Below, in pieces: positions 55,301-64,000 of a DNA stretch of 64,000 bases. The notes under the pieces were generated by a model, which was not told where the DNA came from, did not search any database, and was given only the letters and a program-made list of their open reading frames with translations. A program made the translations under genes and the position numbers. This DNA comes from Botryllus schlosseri (taxonomy: Eukaryota): the NCBI GenBank assembly GCA_051294905.1, contig CM119371.1, positions 932,001 to 996,000 of the forward strand, given 5' to 3'. The first letter of the stretch is position 1. Every line of letters starts with the position of its first letter.

Positions 55301-55940
55301 GGTTGGAACATACCTTTTGCTGAATTCTGTATATTATTGATGTAATTGTGAAGTAAAGAGTCTATGATATGCAATAATAAGCATGCGACCCGGTTGGAAC
55401 ACACCTTATGCTGAAGCCTGTGTATTGTTGATGTAATTGTGTATTAATTGTTGAGTAATTGTGCTGTAATTGAGACGTAAACGCTGATTGGAGTATTTGG
55501 TTGTATTAAGGTGGATTGGCTTGATTGGATACTGATTAGCTACTAATTAGTAATAAATTCTGGTTGAAAGCTGTATGAGTTACGTCTGAAAAGTAACCAT
55601 ACGACGGAATTAAAGCTGTGTGTGAGCTACGCCTGAAAGGTAGCTACACACGACGGAAGAATTGGACACTACTTGTCATCACTACTTGTCGTATACTGGC
55701 ATCCCTGCCTGACAATTTACAAGTGATACTGCATACTACAAAGGAACTGGACACTATATTATCACAAATTGTTGCACACTGGCATCTTTGCCTGACAATT
55801 TACAAGTGATACGAAAGATATAGGTGACCCGTATGGAGGGCATTGTGTCTTCACAATCTATACGCTGTCATAGCTATATAAACAGGTGTAAACCCTGTGT
55901 AATTGGAGTTCCCACCGAGATAGAGAGAGATATAGAGAGA
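52400..55940 (+). promoter_or_regulatory. Long non-coding LTR-like/intergenic region of the retroelement with tandem repeats
   Basis: AATAAA cluster at ~52900-52921. Five ~90-nt units with core ACCCGGTTGGAA(C/T)A(C/T)ACCTT at ~53340, 53445, 55205, 55297 and 55387. Paired direct repeats at 55570-55660 and 55695-55812. Confidence 0.55.
53538..55175. mobile_element. Foldback hAT-type element with ~670-bp inverted arms
   Basis: Ends TAGGGTTGTCCA / TGGACAACCCTA, with an 8-bp TSD GTGCCTAT at 53530-53537 and 55176-55183. Mirror ORFs at 53469(-) and 54981(+). Confidence 0.93.
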
Positions 55941-55942
55941 AC

Positions 55943-58803
55943 ATGGACATTGGGCCAGAGTCCAAGTTAAAAAAATTGTGGAGGCGGACCAGATCTGCAG
56001 ATTCAAAAACCACTCGATCTCTGAGTAGCTCTCGTAGGACATCTCGCGAACATTCTGCTGACAAAGGTCATGTGTCGGAAGGAGAGGTCACGGTTTCTGG
56101 TGATGAAACTACCAGTGTTTATACTGTACGGCAGGGAAGGTCTGCGTCACGATCGGGCATGTTCAGCAGAAGTCGTACCCCTTCGAAAACTCGAGCAAAG
56201 AGCGTGGAGCGCATTGAAAAATTGAAAGATACAAGACAACAGATAAAAATAACTCAACAACGTTATAACGAGGTTGTTAAAAAACATTCGGACTTGATTA
56301 AAAAGGCGAAAACGGACGCTGATCTTCAAACAAATGGCGGGGAAGATATTGCCTCACGTCGAAAAAGAAATAAACAGGGCTTACAAGTCCATCTCTGAAA
56401 TACGGAAGGAGTTGGATGAGCTGAAGAAAATACATAAACGCCGGTTGAAAGGTATTGACCCCAAAGAACTAGCTAGATCATTGGAAACCGCTACAGTTAT
56501 GGGTGAACAAATAGCTCATGCTAGCATTCTTCGAAATACCTATGGGACACACCCAAGCTTCAGTATGACTCCCAAAACGCCACCGTCGTACCAAGAATCG
56601 ATGGAAGGAGATAACAGAAGTCAGGCGCCGTCTGCACCTGATGATAATGAGCTAGGATATCCCATTGTCCGCGAAGCCAACACTACAAAACAACAGTCGG
56701 TAGGAACATCAGTGGATACGGTGAACAGGGGGCATGTAAATATGCTAATTTCGGGAGAACCTGAACCGGGCGAGCCGGAATGGAAAGAATATGAAGAAAA
56801 TCAGTCCGAGTGGAGGGATAGAAACCCTGAACGTATACTATACCCTACCAGAACTAGGCGTATATTGGGAAGACAGCTTAATATTGGTAAAAGAGGCGCG
56901 CCGGGATATACACCAGGCATTGACCACGAGATAGTGGCCGAATGGGAAGATCCCTATGACGAAGACCCCATATTATATTCCACGAGAGACAAAAAAGAAG
57001 AATTAATATACAAATTGCAGACAGCAATAACAGGGATAGATGAGTTTCAAAAGGACTAGGAAAAGGAACGTAATGAACTGTGGATTGCCCATAAGGAAGA
57101 AAGGAGGCAAACCCAGAATTATCAGGAAGCCGATGACAGGGCGGAATATCTTGAGGGTCGAATTAAAGATTTACTCAACGAATTATCACAAATGCGAGTA
57201 AAGTTGCAACAATCAAAGAATTATGAGAACCAGGCAATATATCTTGCGTCACGATGGGAAGATGAATATCGCGGTGTTTGTTCGGATTTGAAACGAAATA
57301 AGAAAGGAAAAATGACTTACAAGCTAACCTAAAGCTGTCCGAATCGCGTGTGGCTGAGCAAGCAGCGGAGTTACTTGACAGATTGGAAGATACTGGACGT
57401 TCGCATGTACGTCTACCCTCATCGTTAGGTCCGGACAACAGCGATGTTCGCTCGACGCCTAATCGCGTCCACAATACAGCAGGTAGAAAAGAAATTCCAT
57501 GCGAAGACGAGTCACGACATAATCACGAATACAATATAGAAGGCAGAGATGAGGTTACACGCCGTGGTGCGTCACAACAACGCAACCCGAACTGTCCAGA
57601 AGGCAGGAATGAGTTTATGCGCGGCGGTGCGTCGCTACTACGCAACCCAGCCTATAATACAGCAGGCAGAGACGAGTTTCAACACGACGGTTGGTCACAA
57701 CAACGCAATCCTGGCTTTACTATACTTGGTGAAGAAGAATCTTACGAGCTTACCAGAGATCAGCTGAAATACCTAACACCAGGCAGACGTCAACACATGT
57801 TGCCGGATACGGATAAATTCAAAGAACTCGTACAACGCCTAGACGATCCTGAAGACAAACCCATAGTTACGTGGATATTAAAACAAATCAAGAACACCAA
57901 CACGGGCAGTGGCCATGAACCAAGATATAAATTATTCTACCAAGCTCTGCGTAGTAAACTCGAAAAGGCGGGCAGAATAGAACAGACGCTTAATTTATCT
58001 CGCGTCTACAATGCCAATGAACGGGACACTTGGAGAGATATGATGGATTCCCTTATACAATGGTATCCTAACAGTCGCACGGACAAAGAGGAAGTCATTG
58101 AGAATTTCGCTGAACGCTTCAGTTGGAAACAAATGCCAGGACCCCAACTTTACGAAGTTTTGAGAAAATTGTCAATGAATACGCATGAAGTGATAATGGA
58201 TTCTCCATTGGGCATGAAGTTATACAGAAAAATTAAAGCTGTACTACCCTTTATGTACAAAGGCACGCTACGCACTCAACCTTTAAATTCACGGATGGAT
58301 TGGAAAGAGTTTGGGTCCATGATGCAAGCATGGTGGCAAGATGAACAAAAAGATCGGGCTGCAAAACGGGCACGCGGATATATGACGGAAAGGCAAGATT
58401 TCACCGTGAGACGTTCTGCATACGAAAATGATGATAACAGGGGACGAGCCTATAATATTGGAACTCCAGTCGCAGCGCGAACTAGGGGAGCACAAAGCAA
58501 CAGACGTCCTTTGAACAGGCCGAACGCGTCAAGTGTACCAGCGGCAAAATTGCGCACTCTGAACCGAAACAACAGGCCGGAGTCGGCACCTCCAGTAATG
58601 ACACGTCAAGAAACACTGCAGCCCACCAGAAATAGGACAACTTCAACATTAGTAGGCAACCATAGTGCACCACGAACTGAACATAATCCGCAACCAATTT
58701 CAAGCTGGCCACAAGCTTTGAATGCTGAAGAAGCCAGGCGCATCTACGATGACGGGGGAGAAAAAGACCAATATCTGGTATTACCCAACATATTTGAACC
58801 ATT
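55943..58803 (+). pseudogene. gag: gag-like ORF (frameshifted): RS-rich N-terminus, coiled coils, late domains, helical capsid-like region, Arg-rich C-terminus
   Basis: Consecutive ORFs 55943, 56334 and 57350. PPSY at 56580-56591 and PSAP at 56628-56639. TWRDMMDSLIQWYP resembles the retrotransposon gag TW..L...F...F motif. Cut at ~58804 by a MITE. Confidence 0.7.
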
Positions 58804-58804
58804 G

Positions 58805-59225
58805 GGGTTATATACTGAGGATTTGTCCTCTTTTTTGACTTTTTTGAAAGTGTCCTCGGAGGACGACCTTTTGTCTCCTTTTTTGAGATTTTGTCCTCTT
58901 TTTGAAAATTTAGGCAGATTTAGAGCAAATTGCGAGTGATATGCCGCATATTAGCACAGAAGTGAAGCTCCGGCGGGTATTTCGGAGTGAAAAACGGTGA
59001 TTTTAGCTCTGAGCGAAAAGATGACATTTTTTTAAGTCATCCACCTGCCAATGTAGAGTAAAAAACGTTATTTTGAGCTCTGAGCAGAAGTGATGACCTT
59101 TTTTTAGTCAGCCGATCACAAAGTGGGAAAAATTAACCGGTTTTTCAGAATTTTACTCCGGTTTTGCAAGTTGCAAATTTCTGAAAAAGTGTCCTCTTTT
59201 TTTATTTCCAAAATAGGGTAAGCCT
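58805..59225. mobile_element. MITE (GTCCTCTTTTT-rich) truncating gag
   Basis: Similar to ~8490-8745 (TTTGTCCTCTTTTTTGAAAATTT...GCAAGT...GTCCTCTTTT). The last ~45 aa of ORF 57350 are read from it. Confidence 0.65.
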
Positions 59226-59311
59226 ATTGTTGCCCCTTTGTGAAAATGAAAGGACGCCTAATGTATCAGATTTAGTCTAACTATATTCGCGATTACGAGA
59301 CAAAGTGTCGT

Positions 59312-60798
59312 TCAACATATGCGGCCCTGCGTTTGCGCTCGCAGTAAGACCGTCGACGTCGATACATTATCCCCATATACAAGGAATAAATCGTATTTAA
59401 TGAATGTATTGAAACGACAGCAATGTTTCTTCAAATCCATTTCTCGCCGATAATGACGACGACAATGCGCCCGTGGATTTGAGAACAGCGTTGTCATACA
59501 GGCGCCTCCATGTCTACTTCTGTCTGATCAATCAACACACGGTGCAATCCTTGATTAGGATTTCGAGGCGTTCGACAAGCCCGGTACCCAAAATTTACCA
59601 AGATACCAATTCATTAGGGTTGATTACAGCGCAAATGCAGATAATGCAAGTCTTCTCGCTTCGACGAACTTACGCGTAAGCTCCACTCTCGTACGCTGCG
59701 CACACACTTATATAATAACGTACGGTCTGGAGCGTAACACCACTTTGTCAGCCCTTCCCCCCGAAACGTTGATATTGGGCCCCACTAAACGATCAATGAG
59801 CGAAGCGCGCAAAAATTTCTATAATTCATGATTGAATCGGTCAATATGACCGGAAATTGCATATATATTGTTATCATTTTTTATCTTATCTCTCTGTTAA
59901 CGTAATCATTTACCGGTAATAGAGCTGAGTGAGGTGTCTTGGAAAATGTAGGGCCCCTAAATAATAATTAATCATCTTCGGGCGGACAGTTGGTTTAATG
60001 ACTTCGTTACATGGTGCTATTTCGTGGCCTCCTATCTACTGTGTCAAAAGATATTGAAATCGCCCAAACTTACAAAACTAAATGACGCACACGATTTCAA
60101 ATTGATATTTCTTTACTAGCTAATAAGGTTTCCCTTTTGTATGGCATTTGTCTTGTGGGGTTCATAGTGCCAGGACAGGAACATTCGGCGACAGCCATTT
60201 AGGCGCAAATGGGCATTTAAACATATATGTCTAATAGTATATATTATATATATATCGAAGTTTTCGGCCAGCACAAAGGCAGTCCTTTTCGGCCAAGGTC
60301 TTCTCGCTGCTGATCGTTCCGGCGCACTTCTCGTAGTCGCATGTTACAGCATGGCCTACAATTTCATATGTCTTGGTGCGTCGTGGCGCGGTAATGGCCG
60401 ACGCCAAAGCGTCCATTTCTATATAATTCATGCGTATTTTTGTTGGGGGAACGGTACTCAATATTGAAGGTAATTGTCATTAAATCGCGCCCAGCCTAAT
60501 TCTTTTTTGAAAAAGTTGCATAAATTCAAGAGGAAATACTTCATAATTTATTTAAATTCGCGAAATAACTTTGACCCCCTTCGAGCTCGGCTCCCACCAA
60601 TTGGGGGTTTGGGTGTGGACCGGGTTACGGTCTTGCACACAGTCACTAAAATTTAACGTTCAAGCAAGAAGTGGGGAATCTCGGCAGACTGGGGCCGCGG
60701 GCCACATTATCATGTATGACGGGAAAACTGTCCGCGGACCGAACAAAATCTCGTCGCGGGCCGGATCCGGCCCGCGGGTGGTATGTTGCCCGCCCCTG
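59312..60798. mobile_element. hAT-type MITE (GCGGGCC family) with nested inserts
   Basis: 59370-59700 and 60640-60798 match 31490-31830 and 31845-31985. Ends GTTGCCCGCCCCTG. Confidence 0.65.
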
Positions 60799-60905
60799 CT
60801 ATACACGGAATATCGTCCCTGGAGCATTAAGCTATAATCACGGCATCATCCTGTAACATTTCAAACGCGGCGACGAGCAAAAACTTCAACTCAAACTTAA
60901 GGGGT

Positions 60906-60935
60906 CTAACCCTAACCCTAACCCTAACCCTAACC
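60906..60935. repeat. Interstitial telomeric tract (TAACCC)5
   Basis: ctaaccctaaccctaaccctaaccctaacc. Confidence 0.9.
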
Positions 60936-62827
60936 AAGAGTCCGATATGAGAAGCGAAATCGAGACAAACGTCGATTATCACGTTGAGAGTAATCGTTGT
61001 ATCAAAAATTTCGCCCATTATTACGTCAAGAGTAGTCGCGAATTTCTGTTTTGTGAGCATCGGCCTGTTAGCTCTTACAAGTGTAATGTAACAGATAAGG
61101 CCGTAAATATCTTAGGCCCCGGGTGCGTGTTCAAAAAAAGGTTGAGTACCACTGAACTAAATGGATAGTTTGTTCAAGCTTGTCTGTATTAGTTTTACTG
61201 GTAGTCTTACATATTACAACACGTATGGTATGCACACATGTAGTAGACTTTTGTGTTATGACTCCGAAGGCTTGTAGATTAGCGTAGGGCATACCTGGGC
61301 ATTTTACGGAACGCGGGTCAAATACAGAGAAATATAAATCCTGTCCCAAAAGACCCTATACTTCATGTTGATTTACGGAATAATTTGAATTCCACTTCGA
61401 GCCTTTTCCATGTTGAAAACTTTTGTTTCACTTTTTGCAAGAAACATGATTACAATATTGCACATCAAATCATTCAGCGTGCCATTAAAAATCATGTTGC
61501 ATGCCACTTTTGGCACGCGTGCCAGGGGTAGCCGATCCTAGGCGTATTCCACATTCCTAATAAAGTCGATATAACAGGTGTTAATTTATGTCAGGATTAT
61601 GACATAAACACGCATTCACTCGGCTGAAGCTGCGAGAAGACGAATTCGGAAAACCTGTCAGCGAAATTATCCAAACAACAAGACGATTTTATCAAGCTAC
61701 ACACCGCTCTGGATATTGACCAAGCAGTAACATCCAATACAGTTTGATGTCTTTTAGAAGGACGTGTCAATCGATTGGTGCGATTAAAAGGAGTTAACAA
61801 TGTTTCTTGATTACCATTGTTTTGAATATTTACGTGGAATAAATATTATATTTGTACTTTGACTCCAAAATCTCAATTGCCTAATATATAGTGATACATC
61901 CACTCATAGGCCTGTGTTAACCACGTAATTCATTGCTATCAATTTATAAATTATTAGAAATACAAACATTGCCGAATATATATATATATATATATATCCT
62001 ATAGTACAAACTTTTTACTTAGCTAGCCAATGTATTTCCTGCCTGTCATTATCAGAAAATAGTTGCCTATGTGTGACGTGGGCGTTCCCAAGTCATGAAA
62101 GGTTTAAAACCTTATAGAACTGGATTTCATTCTCCTAGTCAACACATTAATTTCACTTTCTCGGAAATATCAGACATTGAATCGAAATGTCAAAAAAGAC
62201 GGGGTTTTGAGTTTGAAATGGGAGAGATTCCTGCCCCAAAAAGTCACCTGCTGTTCGCAGTGAGGGCTCTAAGCGAGCAATGGCTGCACAAACATCGTTC
62301 AACAGAATACCGGCATGTCAATTCGCCTAAAGCAACGACATGTGTTTTCTAGTTGTTCGGCAGCTAATTTTTTTTTTTCAAAAGTGCAACTAGAACTAGA
62401 ACTACTAAATTTTTAAAATCTGCAACTACGGCTAGAACTAGAACTACTCTATTTTCCAAATCCGCAACTAGAACTAGACTATAACTACTCCAAAAATCGA
62501 TAGTTAGTTGTCCATCAACTAACTATATGTTTAGTTTGTACAAGTCCGATATGACTTGGTTCGAGTCATGCGTAATGACTCGAGTCTAAGTCGAGTCAAT
62601 ACACAGCTTGGCTCGAGTATAGTCGAGTCATTTCCGTATTTCAAGAAAATGGATCATGTCAAGTCTACTCATCAGAAAATCGCGATTCGAGTAATGACTT
62701 GAGTCATTACAACTTTGTCCCAGATATACAAGACCTATTTTGACTATGTGTGGGAGCTGCATTATGGGACATTTGACGACAATGACCATTGATTTTATAA
62801 AACAGGATGCACAGATAAAACACTCAC

Positions 62828-62968
62828 GTTGGTCAGGTGGAATTGCCTGAATTCCAGAATTCATATTGTAGTTGATGGTCTTGTGAATTTGATCTCCTGC
62901 CACAACGTTGACCGAGCTGTTTATGATCCGTTGATTGATGTTTTCGCCTTCCGCCAAACTTGCAGATC
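62828..62968 (-). CDS. Isolated phase 1-1 exon encoding SASLAEGENINQRIINSSVNVVAGDQIHKTINYNMNSGIQAIPPDQ (RHIM-like motif)
   Basis: Acceptor gcgtgtctcag|GA, donor C|gtgagt, 141 nt, open. Confidence 0.6.
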
Positions 62969-64000
62969 CTGAGACACGCGAGAATATTACGTCCGGTATT
63001 CCGATGCATATTCATTAGTAACCACCAAGTTACGATCATGGAAACTTTCCAGAATTTCATATTAATATTAGATTATGCAGCTCCCGAATATTATTATATA
63101 TTTGAAAAATTTAAATAGATGGTTCGTGGTACAGAACCTGAATATAGCTTTTAATTCATATATTGTAGTATAACATTTATTGAACTCAAAGACTTTGAGG
63201 GTGCCTTTTCAAAAGTAAACGGCACACCAAAAGGATTTAAACAGATTTAAAGGTAAAACCAAAAAGGCTAGGTATGACGATACAATCAAAATCACAGACC
63301 ATGAGATTCTCAAACACAATATTGGTAGTTGATTAAATAGTGAGGACATGCAGATAATTTATATGCTTATTTAAAATGATCCAAACATTGCTTTGATGAT
63401 ATCGCACACGCTTCAGAACAGTGGCGAGATTTCATAGGCTGGTAGACCTCAATAACCAATTTGTCAAAACTATAGAGATGAAAGTCGGTGGTCCCGCTTC
63501 TTAGAACATGATTGAAATTTAAATCTGTGCGCAGCAATCAGTTCATATATTTAGTAATCCCACTTTGGGTTCAGTTCCAGGACATAAAATGTCATCATAA
63601 CCAAATTAGCCCTGATAATACGCATACATAGAACGAATCTACGTAAGACACGCACTGAAATAATTAAAACTGGAGTGACCAATCTGAAATCACACCCGTG
63701 ATCCGAATTACGTCAATCTCGCCCCCCCCTCCTCTACCCTTGATGGTAAAAGATTTCGCGCTAATTTTATCGTCATAGCACAAAACGAAACCATGATGAT
63801 CGCAAACCTAACTGATAGTTTGATGGCATGGAAGATTACGACTGTGTATGAGAGTTTTTTAAATATGAAATTCAGAGTAAATACAGAGCATGAATGGGTT
63901 ATAAATCGAGGTGAGCGCGATTTTTTTAGTTGAGCTCAGCTTTGCGCTCAGCTTACATCAGTGGTTCCCAACGTGGGCGATATCGCCCCCCCCCCCCAGG

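Larger units (their letters stand above)
35500..58803 (+). mobile_element. Decayed endogenous enveloped retroid element in the order pol(RT-RH-Tpt1), ORF3, env, accessory ORFs, non-coding region, gag
   Basis: All ORFs are co-oriented and A-rich. Reading frames rejoin across TSD-flanked inserts. Boundaries are approximate. Confidence 0.8.

Noticed and set aside
53310..55440. ~90-nt repeats with a conserved ACCCGGTTGGAA core resembling a CRISPR array
   Set aside because: The sequence between cores is also repeated (no unique spacers), there are no cas genes, and the context is eukaryotic.
55821..55840. TAGGTGACCCGTATGG as a tRNA primer-binding site before gag
   Set aside because: It does not start with TGG and only partly resembles a tRNA-Trp-type PBS. 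It cannot be supported without the host tRNA set.
35511..58803. Alternative genetic code (TGA=Trp) as the explanation for the stops
   Set aside because: TAG stops and frameshifts also interrupt the ORFs and TGG is used freely, so decay or hypermutation fits better.

Overview
AT-rich, repeat-dense animal genomic DNA with GT-AG introns, a short TTAGGG tract and many hAT-type non-autonomous transposons with 8-bp target-site duplications (TSDs). It resembles a marine invertebrate such as an ascidian, but that is only a guess. Two main things are present. (1) A minus-strand spliced NLR-type immune receptor gene: a 1545-nt NACHT exon at 20382-21926 plus five phase-compatible downstream exons ending at 6276, and possibly an upstream exon at 62828-62968 carrying a RHIM-like amyloid motif. 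(2) A decayed plus-strand reverse-transcribing element (~35500-58800; roughly 12-13 kb once nested transposons are removed) with an unusual layout: RT-RNase H fused to an apparently complete Tpt1/KptA (RNA 2'-phosphotransferase, ADP-ribosyltransferase fold) domain in the position where integrase would be, then a probable second degenerate Tpt1-like ORF, an env-like fusion glycoprotein (furin site RSKR, heptad region, C-terminal TM), accessory ORFs, one long repeat-rich non-coding region, and only then a gag-like ORF with PPxY and PSAP late domains. I see no integrase and no flanking LTR pair, so it reads like a circularly permuted, integrase-less enveloped retroid virus. Most of its stop codons are TGA/TAG, several at Trp-plausible positions, suggesting G-to-A hypermutation. 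All protein assignments come from motif recognition by eye, not from database searches.
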